Part shown: one piece after another, positions 22,238-36,305 of the stretch
Numbering within the stretch: position 1 is the first letter of the stretch
Layout of the letters: every line of letters begins with the position of its first letter
Source: Bdellovibrionales bacterium
GTDB taxonomy: Bacteria > Bdellovibrionota > Bdellovibrionia > Bdellovibrionales > UBA1609
Assembly (NCBI GenBank): GCA_965219095.1
Contig: CBDCMT010000001.1
Coordinates: 160,001-224,000 of the forward strand
Reading direction: 5' to 3'
DNA: 64,000 nt
Made by a program: the position numbers and the translations under genes
Notes under the pieces: generated by a model
Told to the model about the DNA's origin: nothing
The model's database searches: none
What the model saw: only the letters and a program-made list of their open reading frames with translations

Positions 22238-22388
22238 TATGACCGCCCTTGACTTCTACTGAGGAGGATATTTCTTAGATTTTAAAGGAGAAGTTTTTAT
22301 TGATCTTGTTGTAAAACGGTGTTGTAAGACGTTTTCCTAAGGCCTTCCCCGTTACAAAAGTATTAGAGAAGTTCTTAAAAGAATAATT

Positions 22389-22831
22389 TGTAATAGACGT
22401 TATATGATCTGACAGTTACCCTTTCTGGGTTGATAAATGTAATAGACGTTATATGATCTGACAGTTACCCTTTCTGGGTTGATAAAAAACTGTCTGTCAG
22501 TTTTCGTTCTGTTCAATCATCTTTTGCCTTACTTTTTGTTTTCCGTCAAGGAAAGTTTCCATAGGTGTTCGACCACAACACATTTTTCCCTGATGAGTCC
22601 TCCTTTCATTATATTTCACAAGCCACAAGTCAAGGTCAGACTGCAACTCTTCTATGCTTTTGTACACTTTTTTTCTAAACTCCACTTGATAAAACTCCTC
22701 TAAAATTGTTCTATGAAATCTTTCACAGATGCCATTGGTTTGAGGATGTCTTGCCTTTGTTTTTGTGTGCTCTATATCATTGATAGCCAAATAAAGCTCA
22801 TAATCGTGACAATCTTGAACTCCACAGAACT
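22389..22831 (-). mobile_element. IS481-family 3' fragment with a tandemly duplicated 49-bp end
   Basis: PQTNGICERFHRT...YNERRTHQG; TGT terminus; 22389-22437 repeated at 22438-22486. Confidence 0.85.
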
Positions 22832-23354
22832 TGAACTTCCCCTGTTTCTGCGGACAGTCAATTTTCTCTTAAAGTCTCCATAAAATGGAGGTAAAAGAAA
22901 GAATGGAAAAAGTAAAACAGTACTCGGAAGAGTTTAAAAAGCAAGCCATTGAATTGGCAGAGGAAATAGGTGCAAAGGAAGCCTCAGAGAAGCTAGGACT
23001 GAGAAATTTCCAAGTGATAAGCTCTTGGAAGCGTTTTCTAAAGCCTGAAGTAGAAAGACAAGCTTCCCATGACTTGGCTTCGGCATTGGAGGAAATAAAG
23101 AGGTTAAAAAAGGAGCTGGTCTATGAGAGGCGGAGTGTAGGTATATTGAAAGAGGCAGCGGCTTTTTTTTCAAAGGAAATCCTGAAATGAGATTTAAGGC
23201 TATGTTTTATGTAAAAGAGAAAGGGCATCCAGTGCTTCGCATTTGCGAATTATTAAGAGGATCTCGTTCTGGTTTTTATAGTTTTTTAAAAACCAGGGGA
23301 AAGCTTGAAAAGGATAAAAATCTGGAGAAAAACATAGAATCTATTTTTAAAAAA

Positions 23355-26289
23355 GCCTCCTCAAAAGAATCTGTGGGTTTCCGGAGGTTCTGGCAGTTTT
23401 CCAAGGTTATGATATAAGGCGATTTTTATAGCTTTAGAGGTTCTAAAGCCGTAAGATTTTCTCATAGTGAGTTTTACTTTGTTGTTTAAACCCTCTACAA
23501 TCCCTGAGGAGAAGGCTTTTTTAGCCTTGAAGTAATTAAGAATAAGTAGCTTATACCATTTCCAAAAATTAATTCGACATTCTTTTAACGCATAGCGTCC
23601 TGGCTTTTTGATCAAACTCTGCTACATTTTTAGAGTCATGTCGAAAAAAGATTTAGTTACACAGATTCAAGGGTATGATTTTCTAGCTACTTACAAAGTG
23701 GAAAGAAGTGCCAACATCAAGATAAAACTTCAAGCTTTGCACCATATGCAAAAAGGAAAATCGATTCAAGAAACAGCAGGTATGGTTTTGTATCACCGTC
23801 ACAGTATCAAATCCTGGTTACAGTCTTTTGTAGACTTTGATTACGAGGGATTGATAGATCGAAAAGGCAGAGGACGTAAACCCCGTTTGCCAGTGACAGA
23901 AGAAGAGAACTTCAAAATCAAGTTAGATGAAATTCAAGACAAAAGAGAGGGAGGAAGCATAGGAGCAAAGGAAATACAGAAACTTTTAGCAGATGAATTT
24001 GACTGTTGCTATTCTCTTTCTGGGGTTTATGTTTCTTTAGACCGCCTTAATATTGTATGGATCAGTGGTCGTTCTCTTCATCCTAAAAGTTCATTAAGAA
24101 GCTATGGAACAGTTTAAGGAACATTTTCCAGAAGAGGTGGAGAAAATAAAAGAAAAGATTCAGACTCATAAAATAGAGATTTGGTGGCAGGATGAATGCA
24201 GAATAAGCTCAGCAAGGTTCTTTGAGCAGGATTTGGGCAAGAAAAGGCACACGACCTAGAGTTGTGAGACAAAGACAATTTTTATCCACTTATATTTTTG
24301 GAGCAGTTTGTCCGGATAAAGATAAAGGCTGTGCTTGGGTTTTACCGGAATGTAATTCAGGGATGATGCAAATTCACTTAGATGAGATATCTAAAAATAT
24401 TCAAGAAAACTATCATGGAATTGTTTTAATGGACAGAGCCAGTTGGCATACCACAGAGACTTTGATAGTTCCTAAGAATTTATCCCTGATGCCTTTACCT
24501 CCTTATAGTCCAGAATTAAATCCCATGGAACAAGTCTGGCAACAATTACGAAGGATCAAATTATCGAATGCATGTTTTAAAAACTATGACCATATAGTGA
24601 ATACTTGTTGTGAGGCCTGGAATACTTTTTGCGATCAGGAGGGCAGGATTAAAAAATTATGCACTCGATCTTGGGCAAAACAACAAGATGAATCAAGCTT
24701 GTAAATTAATTTGAACCTATAAATTAAATTGCGTAACTGATTTTTTTCATTTTACATCTTAACCTCACTTTTTTACACTTATTTTAACCCATCAATCGAT
24801 TCACACAACAATAGATATACATAAAATAAACATATCTTATGAAAACTCAACCTCCCTTCAAAAAAAACTTTTTTAAAGCCTCCTAATTGAAACTTTTCCT
24901 TAAGTCAATTTTAAAATTTTAAATTTGAACATAAAAATGTCGAATTAATTTCTGTAATTGGTATTATGTCTTCGTATGGTTTTTGCTTCTCTTTTCATAG
25001 GTTCAATTTTTGAAAGCATGACTCGTCTCGTCCAACTGTCTATAAATTTACCAGCCCAAGTTGGTGAAACATAGGTCCATAACTGTCGGAAGTCTTCTTT
25101 TAAAAAATAACAGCGGATACTTTTTAAATTGTACTGTATTAAATGCCTTAATTTTACTTTCTCATAAGATTTTAAATTTTCTGCATTTTTTAACAAGGGC
25201 CATCTAGCTTTTGTTAAAAGGGGTTCATACCCGTCTTCTTTCATTTTTTTGTGTTCTGAAGCTCTCACTTCGTCTAAAGCCTTATTGAGTCTTGCTACGA
25301 TATGAAACCGATCTAATATGTGTAAAGCTCCACTTGCCCTCTCCTTTATGACTTTTAAATAAGGCTTCCACATATCAGAGCACACAAACCATATCTCTTT
25401 TGACTTCTCTCCTAGTAAATCAAAAAACTTGTTGAAACTCTTTTCTGTTCTTTTTTCTCCTATCCATAGCAAACGAACACTTTCTTTGCTTATTTCATAG
25501 ATTAAGGTGAGATACTAATGGTTCTTTTTCCATTGTATCTCGTCGACTCCTATAGCTTGTATTCCCTTTAAAACCCTTTGTTTTAAACCATATTCTACGA
25601 CCCATTCTACCGAAGCATAGACCTGATTCCAACTGACATGAAACTTACAAGAAACCTCTTTCCAAGACAGGTGACGACACCAGTCTGCTAAATACTTCAT
25701 GTAAAAGATCGTTAAACTCTTCTTACCATCGGCCCAAGGTAAATACTCAACTTTTACCCCACAGCAAGGACAATTAACTCTTCTTACAAAATAAACAAAA
25801 AACACCCTGTAACTTAAAATAGGAAGGGATTCAAAGTCCCGTGATGATTTACTGCTGTCATACACTGAACAGGGCTTCTTACAAACACTACAAAAAGCTT
25901 GGCCATTTTTACGAGCCTTAATAGGAACATTAATTGACTTTCTATCTTTTGAAAAATAAATGTCTCCGTATACAAAAGACTTCCATCTTAAACAATCATT
26001 TAGTATAGTCTTCAAAAGCATCTCTTCCCTCCTTTTTTTTTTTTTTTGAATAACATTTTAAGGCATCTGGGAAGTAGTTGCTTCTTTTTTAAAATTTTAA
26101 TGTAACACAGCAAATAAAAGCAAATAAAATGAATGTTTTTGAGTTCAATCACCGGAGGTGATAGAGGCCAGTAAGGGCCTCAAAGAACTCAAAAATACAA
26201 GATAGGATGTCTTACTCTTGCTTTGATTAATATGAGCCTTTTTGGGGGATTTCTAGCTACTTTTCACCCACAGATTCCCGGGAGGAGCC
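23355..26289 (-). mobile_element. ISL3-family element, interrupted by IS630-A and carrying a nonsense codon at 25515
   Basis: 8-bp TSD TTAAAAAA; ends GGCTCCTCCCGGGA / TTTTGAGGAGGC; fragments match the 38931 transposase. Confidence 0.93.
23554..24964 (+). mobile_element. IS630 type A, frameshifted
   Basis: TA duplication at 23552-53 and 24965-66; ORFs 23638..24117 and 24222..24704. Confidence 0.93.
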
Positions 26290-27728
26290 TTAAAAAAAAT
26301 AAAGGCTGTTATGGTTCCCCCAGGGTGTATAGGGAATTAAAGCGTTGCGGAGTGAGTGCTGGAGAAAACAAAGTAGCTCGAATTATGAAACTAAAGAATC
26401 TCAGTGCCCGTCAGAAAAAATCCTATGTTCCTAGAACAACAAAGAATAACCCTCTCATGATTAAGTCTCCTCGGTTGTTTAAGACAGGACAGAGCCAAGC
26501 AGGAAAAGAAAACCAGGTATGGTGTTCGGATTTAACCTATATTCCTTTTAGAGATAAATTTCTGTATTTGGTTGTATTTTTAGATGTCTATAATCGAGAG
26601 ATTAAGTCTTGGAAGCTCTGTGAGAGCTTGGACGGGGTTCATTCAAAACAGGCTCTGAGAGCCGCAGTCCAATCTGTTTCTGGGAACTTAGAGGGCTTGA
26701 TAATCCACTCGGATCAAGGGGTTCAATATTGTTGTGAAGGGTTTAGAAAAGAATTGAAATTCTTTGGCCTCAAGCAATCTATGTCTAGGAAAGGAAATTG
26801 TTATGATAATGCGTTTGTGGAGAGCTTTTTCCATACGTTGAAGGATGAACTGGAATACAAAGACTGTACAACGAAAGAAGAGTTGGAGAAAAAAATTGCA
26901 ATTTACATGGATTGGTATTACCTCCATTTTATGGAGACTTTAAGAGAAAATTGACTGTCCGTAGAAACAGGGGAAGTTCATCCCTTGACGACTAAAATCT
27001 TGCGAAGGAGGAAGCCCGCTGTTGCTGGAATTTTTTCGAACCTGTTTTTCTAAAAGCACAACAATCAGAATGTTCACAACCTTAAAGAGAGATTCAACAA
27101 TCACAGAAATCTCAGTAGGCACAGAACCTTTCTTTGCAAGCTTATCAAAGTCACTTCTTATATTTTCAATCTCATTTCTGATGGAGGTCTTATTTATTGT
27201 CATTTGAAAAGAGTATTTAAAAGAAAATCTGTAAGAGCAAGACTTTTATCTTAAAACAGGTCTAAAGTTAGGGATAACTGAACAATGTAGGTGAGCAGTT
27301 ACTTTTTTTTAAGAAACTCAAAACCTTGCTTTTTGTAAAATAAGATGATGTGCTTTTGAACCTCTTCTTTTTGAGGATAGGACAATTCGTCGATCATCCA
27401 GGATGAAGGTGTTTTTACATTTAAAAAACGTTCATCGTAATTGACATAGATTCTTTTTTGGGAGGATTTTTCATAAGTTAAAACCAACTCTTTTCCTTTT
27501 AGCAAAAACTTCTCTCCCTCTATAAATTGATGAGGAGGATAGAGTTTTTTGATTTTTTCAAGGTTTTTAATGGTTTTTTCAATCCATGGTCTCATTTTCT
27601 CAAGAAATAAGGAGATGGCATGGGAGGATGTGGTTTTTTCCACTTGGACAATAATGTCTTGTTCAGGTGAGATAGAAACGGATACAAAAAGAGGACTGAT
27701 GCAATAACGCTGAGCTATGTTGTTTAAT

Positions 27729-27805
27729 TGGAGCGGATGATGGGATTTGAACCCACGGCCTCAACCTTGGCAAGGTTGCACTCTAGCCAACTGAGCTACA
27801 CCCGC
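27729..27805 (-). tRNA. tRNA-Gly(GCC)
   Basis: GCGGGTGTAGCTCAG...CAACC-TTGCCAA-GGTTG...GGTTCAAATCC...CCGCTCCA cloverleaf with encoded CCA. Confidence 0.95.
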
Positions 27806-28061
27806 AAACTATTTAAAGCTGTTGTTTTAAGATAAAAAAACAAACAGCTTTAAGTCAATGAAAAACTTAAGAAAGAAAGCTTTTGAGATTTCCTACTATT
27901 TTTCTTAAACTTTTTCTTTTTCTTATGAAATTTTGTCCTTTTTGGTTAGCTCTAAAATTAGGCAATAGTGTTTTTTGAGGTGGAGAAAAGACTTTAATGC
28001 TATGCACAATCTTTCTTTATGAGGTTTTTATTGTTAAATGCAAAGTTATTGAAAAAATGAT

Positions 28062-28141
28062 TTGCTTTTTTTTTCTTTTTGTTTTAAATTATTTTTACTG
28101 TATGGGCTTTTGCCCTTTGTTCTTTGAAAACTAAATAGCTT
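28062..28141 (+). promoter_or_regulatory. rRNA promoter and boxA/processing-stem 5' arm
   Basis: TTGCTT-17-TAAATT. TGTTCTTTGAAAACTAAATAGCTT (28118-28141) is complementary to AAGCTATTTAGTTTTGAAAGAGCA (29817-29840). Confidence 0.7.
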
Positions 28142-28226
28142 TACTTTGTGCTTTTTTAGAATAAAAATCCTACATTTTTCAATTGAAAAATGTAGGAGAA
28201 ATATGAGAATTTAAATCTTTTAAGAT

Positions 28227-29741
<1,515 letters not shown>

Positions 29742-29848
29742 CTAAGGAATATAAAAAAGTTAAGTGATTTTTTTAAAACACTTACATTTTATGGTCAAAC
29801 TAAAGGAGTACTTATGAAGCTATTTAGTTTTGAAAGAGCAAGCTAACG

Positions 29849-29903
<55 letters not shown>

Positions 29904-29925
<22 letters not shown>

Positions 29926-32900
29926 ATACGAACATTATACGAACCTATGACCATGTCATTATGAGCTTGGTGTTCGTTATTACTTAATGGAAGATCGGTA
30001 TATCCAAAGTACTGAACAGCTATTTTATCTTTATAGACTGTGACTTTTTTTATAATGTTTGAGAGGAGTTCTTTTCTTTGGCACTGCGTTATTTTAGATA
30101 ATTTTTTATTGACTATTTGTAAGGCTGAAAAAATATTTTCAGCTGAGATAACGGTTTCTTTAAAGGAAGTTCTTTCGTTTTTAAGTCTTTCTACTTCTTG
30201 TTTAATTTCACTAGATTTGTCATTTAAAGAGTTAATTTGTTCGAGCAAAAAATCTCTTGCCTTATTGCTGGTAGCTCTTGCTAAGGCCTGTGTAAGCCCC
30301 TGTGTGTCGTTATTGACTTTCTTTAGGCTTTCTCTATGGGAGTTCATTAAACTTTGATTATACCATTTCCAAAAAATAATTCGACATTTTTTAACGCATA
30401 GCATCCTGGCTTTTTGATCAAACTCTGTTAAATTTTTAAAGTGTCAAAAAAGATTTAGTCACAAAGATTGTCCTGACTTCGACACAACACACTGCAACAA
30501 GTGAATAATTTCAAATAGTTACAATTTTTGGGGCCACAGGAAAGGGTTTTTTAAAGGTCGACAGATGTTGTGGGAATGAGGCTCATAGAAGAGTTTCTTT
30601 TAAGCGAAAAAGCACTATAAATTTCTTCTACTTCCTTTGTACAACCTGAGGGAAGGCGATAAAGTTTTTTCGTCTTTTTTTCTTCTAAAATACTGTACTG
30701 ATCTCTTTTTAAGATCTTTCTCATTCTTTCAAAGCTTAAATTAAGTCCTGCTTGTTTGAGTTTATAAACCATTGTGTAAGAGATCGCATAGGCTAAAAAA
30801 CAAATGGCAATGTGAGTTTCTATTCTTCTTTTTTTCCAATGATAAACAGGCCTCATCTTTAACGTCGTCTTATACCATTTCCAAAAATTAATTCGACATT
30901 CTTTTAACGTATTGCGTCCTGGCTTTTTGATAAAACTCTGCTACATTTTTAGAGTCATGTCGAAAAAAGATTTAGTTACACAGATTCAAGGGTTAATTTT
31001 CTAGCTACTTACAAAGTAGAAAGAAGTGCCAACATCAAGACAAAATTATTGGCTTTGCAGCATATGCAAGAAGGAAAATCGATTCAAGAAACAGCAGGTA
31101 TGGTTTTGTATCACCGTCACAGTATCAAATCTTGGTTACAGTCTTTTGTAGACTTTGATTACGAGGGATTGATAGATCGAGAAGGCAGAGGACGCAAGCC
31201 TCGTTTGCCAGTGACAGAAGAAGAGAACTTCAAAATCAAGTTAGATGAAATTCAAGACAAAAGAGAGGGAGGAAGCATAGGAGCAAAGGAAATACAGAAA
31301 CTTTTAGCAGATGAATTTGACTGTTGCTATTCTCTTTCTGGGGTTTATGTTTCTTTAGACCGTCTTAATATTGTATGGATCAGTGGTCGTTCTCTTCATC
31401 CTAAAAGTTCATTAAGAAGCTATGGAACAGTTTAAGGAACATTTTCCAGAAGAGGTGGAGAAAATAAAAGAAAAGATTCAGACTCATAAAATAGAGATTT
31501 GGTGGCAGGATGAATGCAGAATAAGCTCAGCAAGGTTCTTTGAGCAGGATTTGGGCAAGAAAAGGCACACGGCCTAGAGTTGTGAGGCAAAGACAATTTT
31601 TATCCACTTATATTTTTGGAGCAGTTTGTCCGGATAAAGATAAAGGCTGTGCTTGGATTTTACCGGAATGTAATTCAGGGATGATGCAAATTCACTTAGA
31701 TGAGATATCTAAAAATATTCAAGAAAACTATCATGGAATTGTTTTAATGGACAGAGCCAGTTGGCATACCACAGAGACTTTGATAGTTCCTAAGAATTTA
31801 TCCCTGATGCCTTTACCTCCTTATAGTCCAGAATTAAATCCCATGGAACAAGTCTGGCAACAATTACGAAGGATCAAATTATCGAATGCATGTTTTAAAA
31901 ACTATGACCATATAGTGAATACTTGTTGTGAGGCCTGGAATACTTTTTGCGATCAGGAGGGCAGGATTAAAAAATTATGCACTCGATCTTGGGCAAAACA
32001 ACAAGATGAATCAAGCTTGTAAATTAATTTGAACCTATAAATTAAATTGTTTAACTGATTTTTGTCATTTTAAATTTTACCCTCACTTTTTCACTTATTT
32101 TAACCCATCAATCGATTCACACAACAAATAGATATACCTGAAATAAACTTATCTTATGAAAACTTAAACTCACCTTAAAAGAAGTTTTTTTAAAATCTCC
32201 TAACTGAAGCTTTTCCTTAAGTCAATTTTAAAATTTTAAATTTGAACATGAAAATGTCGAATTAATTTCTGTAATTGGTATTATTCTTCAGTCTCTCCTG
32301 ATTCTGCATGTTGTTATTTTTGACTAGCTCTAAAAGAAAGGCTTTATTTTTCACAAGATTTTTAATTCTAAAATTTACAGCTTCTTCTAGACTATGAACG
32401 GGGATGTTCTCTAATTCACATTTTTTTAAGTGCCTGTCTCCCTGTGTTAACATTTTTCTTTTGTGGGAGTAATAGAAGTACTTTCTATTGTTGCCATTAG
32501 CTCCTACTCCTGAAAGTTTTTGACCACAAAGCCCACAATAAGCTAAGCCTGAAAGAATGTAACAATGATGGCTTTTTCTTAATTCTTTTTTATTCTTTTC
32601 TAAACGTTCTTGAACTTCATTAAATAGTTCTTGAGATACAATAGCAGGCCATTGGCTATCATAGACCTTATATCTTTCAGAAAGGCTTAGCTCTAATTGA
32701 TTTTTGTTTCTATTTCTTTTGTTAAACTCTCTTTTTCCAATATAAACAAGGTTTGTAAGCAGGGTGTACAAGGTTGTTAGTGTCCAGCGACTTCCGCCTC
32801 TTTGCTTCCCTCCTTTATTTACAGAAGACTTTGTTTTGTAGCCATTTTTATTTAAAAAATTTAATGTTTTAGATAAAGATCCAAGCTCTAGGAATTTATT

Positions 32901-33326
32901 AAAAATAAAATTTACAATGATTTTTTCTTCTTCATTTACTATAAGATGACATTTTTTTGTAGGGTGAGAGTCATAGCCTAAAGCTCTTTGACCACCATTA
33001 GAAAGCCCTCTTTCAGCTCTTGCCTGTATGCCGTTTTTTGTTCTTTCCACAATGGTCTGTCTTTCAAACTGAGCAAAACTAATGGCTTGAATGACCATAA
33101 GCTCCCCAATAGCTGTTGAAGTATCAAAGTTTTCTTTCAAACTAAAAAACTTCACATTATGCTCTTTTAAAAAATCCCAAAAATGGCAAAAGTCCTTCAC
33201 ACTTCGACTAAGCCTTGAAAGCTCTGTGACAATAACAGCATTGACTTTTCTTGAAACTATGTCTTTACACATTTTTTGAAAAGCAGGCCTATTCATGTTC
33301 TTTCCTGAAAGGTCTTTATCAATATA
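29904..33326 (-). pseudogene. Large serine recombinase/integrase; N-terminus lost, split by IS630-A
   Basis: D..SG...RP.F, SRLSRS and AQFER motifs, recombinase domain, LSGLAYCGLCG zinc ribbon and coiled coil. Removing 30361-32283 rejoins RLKN-NQSLMN in frame. The stop codon lies in the tRNA-Ile T-loop. Confidence 0.9.
30361..32281 (+). mobile_element. Composite: IS630-A left end (30361-30471), IS1634 3' fragment (30472-30872), IS630-A (30873-32281)
   Basis: TA duplication at 30359-60 and 32282-83; termini as in the other copies. Confidence 0.88.
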
Positions 33327-36298
33327 CCTAAACTCGTGACTAAAAATGTACACTACAAAGCTATAATTTCCTATTTTCCATAAAAATCTCAGTTTTCATA
33401 GGGGAATTTTCAATTTTTAGATAAAATCACAAAAAATAACTTGCCTTGCATTTTCCTTTGTAGTGTAATATATTACACTATAGGAGGGAGAAATATGAGC
33501 TTTATCAGAAGAATAAAAAGAGGAAAGGTGACATATCTTGCAGAAGTAGAGAACAAAAGGGTTGATGGAAAAGTTATCCAAAAGCATATTCGGTACATCG
33601 GGAAGGAAGAGAATGGTGAAACTGTAATTTCAATGAGCTCATCTGATCTTGAAATAGAAAAGGTCAAGGTTTATGGTCCTTTGCTTGTTTTAGATAAAAT
33701 AGCTAGAGAAATAGATTTGCAAAAATCTCTTGGCCAATACTCCAATGAAATATTAAGCATGGTCTATGCTCACTGTTTAGATTACAAAAGCCTTAGAAAA
33801 ATGCCAAAATGGTATGAGAGAACAGATTTAAACACTTTGCTAAATTTAGAGGATCTAACCGAAAGTCGTTTGCTTTCTGCTCTAGATTCTTTAGAGAGTG
33901 ATCCAGAAAATTTACAGAAGAAAATATTTCAAGGTGTTCAGAAAAGGTACAATCTTGAGCTAAAAGGGTTGGTGTACGATGTTACCAATACATACCTTTA
34001 TGGTAGCAAATGTCAGCTTGGAAAATTAGGAAAGAGTAAGGATGGGAAACGTGGAAATCCTTTGATTCAAATTGGTTTGGTGACAACTCAAAAAGAAGGA
34101 ATACCAGTGTTTCATAAAACTTTTAGTGGAAACATACACGATAGCAGGACTCTACTAAGTTTATCCGATGGATTTGCAAACTATGGACTAAGTGGAGGAA
34201 TGTTTGTTTACGACAGGGGCATTTTCTCAGAGAGAAACCTCAATGAAATCAATGAATTGGGCTGGAATACGCTTTGTGGGATTGCTCTCAGAAAAAAAGA
34301 GAAGGATGTGATTAGAAAAATGATAAGGCTAGACTCTATTGTTGATGTATCCCATCGCATCAGGTTATCAAGTGGTACCTTGTATGCTCAGAGCATTAAT
34401 CACAATGTTGGAAAAATCAAAGGACGTTTAGTTGTTTGTTACAATCAAAGGAGAGCTTTAGGTATAAGAGAATCTCGTTTGGACGAAATTGCAAACGCAC
34501 AAATTCTTTTGTCTAAAAATATAAAACCAGGTTTGGAAAAATACCTTACTCCAACAGGAAGATTAAGGAGAGATCGGTTGAATTTAGAATCTGAGTTTGA
34601 TGGTTACTCTTGTATATTTTCTACAAAAAAGATCTCTGCAAAAGATATTGTTAATTTGTACTATAAGAAAGAGGTAATCGAAAAATTTTTTAGGACCTTA
34701 AAGGGAATAACAAATTTGAGACCAATTCGTCATTGGCTTTACAACAGAGTTCAATCACATGTCTTTATATGCTATTTATCTTGTCTGATACTTTCAATTC
34801 TAAAAATGAAGCTTGAAAAGATGCAGATGTCTCCAGAGGAAGCTCTTGAAGAACTCGGTAGCATGTATAATGTCTATCTTTATGACCGAAAAAATAAAAC
34901 TAGTACAGCATAACATTAAATTTTAATATTTTCATAATGCCTCTTAAACTTATTTCTAGCCTTATTATTTGTAAACTGCCAATTGATTTTGATTCTATCT
35001 TTGTTTCTCTTACGGGTCCAAGTTTCTACTTCTTTTTTTAGTTGTTCAAAACTTCCTATACGTCGGTTTAAACATTGCTTTGAAAGAGCCGAAAACTCGA
35101 TCTCTGCCATATTTAACCAACTGGCCTTTTTAGGAGTATAAATCATCTCAAGTCTATTTTTTAACTCCAAGGCCTTTTGAGCTGGCATGTTCTCATAAAA
35201 AGAAGAGCCATTGTGAGTGTTTAAATTATCTTGTATCAATGTGATCTTGTCTACGTCCTTATAATATAAGGACATTTTTTTCATGAAAAGAGCATAATCT
35301 TTCTTTGTTTTTCTCTTTCTTACCTCTACAATTCTTCTTCCACTCAATGGCTCTATGGCTAAGAACACAACACAGGTTCCATTTCTTTTGTAATGATAAT
35401 CCTCTCTTTTTTCTTTTCCAGGGCTTACAGGAACTGGCATCAAAACATCTTCTATCAATTGACAAGGACGCTCATCAAAACAAAGAACAGGACGATTAGA
35501 ATCTAGCTTTCTTTCATAAACTTCTAAAACAGACTCCATTTGGCAAATAAAATGAGAATCGATCTTGCTTAAACACCACTGTCTTTTTAAATGAGGTTTG
35601 ACTTCGTTTTTTTTAATATACGACCCACATGGGTGTGAGAAATAGAGTCTACAACATTTAACTCAACCAACTTATCAGATAGCATCTGTAAACTCCATCG
35701 ACCATAACCTTCAGGAGCTTTCGTACAAGCTAAACTCGTAATCTTCGTCCTTTGCTTCCCTGTAAACTTAGGAGGCTTTCCAGGACGAGGAGCATCATAA
35801 AGTGCTCTCCCTAATCCTCCCTTCAAGTACCCTTCTTTGATATTTTGAATAGTCCCTAAAGTTCTCACTCCAAGAATCTCACAAACCTCTGTGGAACCCT
35901 TCCCTTGATGGCTTAAAAGTAAAACCCTGGCTCGTGTTAAAACTCGAGACTGATTCACTCCCTTCTTCAACATCTTCTCTAATTTTGTCTTCTCTGAACT
36001 CTTTAACTTTATCCTTACTTTTGGCTTTCTTTTTGCTTTTGGATTTGCTCTTGCCTTTGTTTTTAATTTCATCTTTGATCTCATATCCCCTCCTTGGACT
36101 TTTTATTAAACTACAACAAATATTATAGGAACAACAAAAATACAAGTCAAATATATTGAAATTTAAGGTTATGCTGTACTAGACTTATCAAAACAGTAGC
36201 TTTGAATAAAGTTCAGGAAGAAATACTAAGATCTATTGGAAAAAGTCTTGTCAAGAAAACGTCCGTCTGTAGTGTACATTTTTGAGCACGAACTCAGG
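33327..36298 (+). mobile_element. IS1634/IS4-like element (transposase from ATG 33495) interrupted by IS630-C
   Basis: IRs CCTAAACTCGTG..AAAAATGTACACTACA / TGTAGTGTACATTTTTG..CACGAACTCAGG; YDVT, GKSKD, YDRG and IEKFFR..RPIRHW motifs; no TSD. Confidence 0.88.
34903..36179 (-). mobile_element. IS630 type C with two ORFs joined by an A7 slippery site
   Basis: CTAG target, IR GTACAGCATAAC; ORFs 35587..36084 and 34916..; FDE, QDNLNTH and ASWLNMAEIE motifs. Confidence 0.92.
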
Positions 36299-36305
36299 TT
36301 AATTA

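Larger units (their letters stand above)
22832..26980 (+). mobile_element. IS3-family element (orfA 22885..23190; orfB split by ISL3)
   Basis: TG...CA termini; YSEEFKKQAI orfA; WCSDLTY, HSDQG and GNCYDNAFVESFF motifs in orfB. Confidence 0.92.
19431..27302 (-). mobile_element. IS66-family element (outer shell of the nest), internally destroyed
   Basis: GTAACTGCTCAC...GTGAGCAGTTAC IRs; 8-bp TSD CTTTTTTT/TTTTTTTT (one mismatch); transposase N-terminus at 26981..27203. Confidence 0.8.
19116..27700 (-). pseudogene. YgjP/SprT-like M48 metallo-hydrolase split by a 7.9-kb nested IS cluster
   Basis: C-terminal half 19116-19430 (WGSCS, LNWKL, YVIVHELCH) and N-terminal half 27303-~27700. Removing the insert joins FEFLKK-RIIYW in frame. 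Confidence 0.85.

Noticed and set aside
24705..24964. Long IS630-A 3' non-coding region as a guide or bridge RNA
   Set aside because: AT-rich, divergent between copies, no convincing conserved stems, and no TnpB, IscB or IS110 protein in the window.
26223..26289. N-terminal extensions of ORFs 26223, 38249, 29904, 32262, 23361 and 21921
   Set aside because: Chimeric read-through from neighbouring IS ends, not real protein starts.
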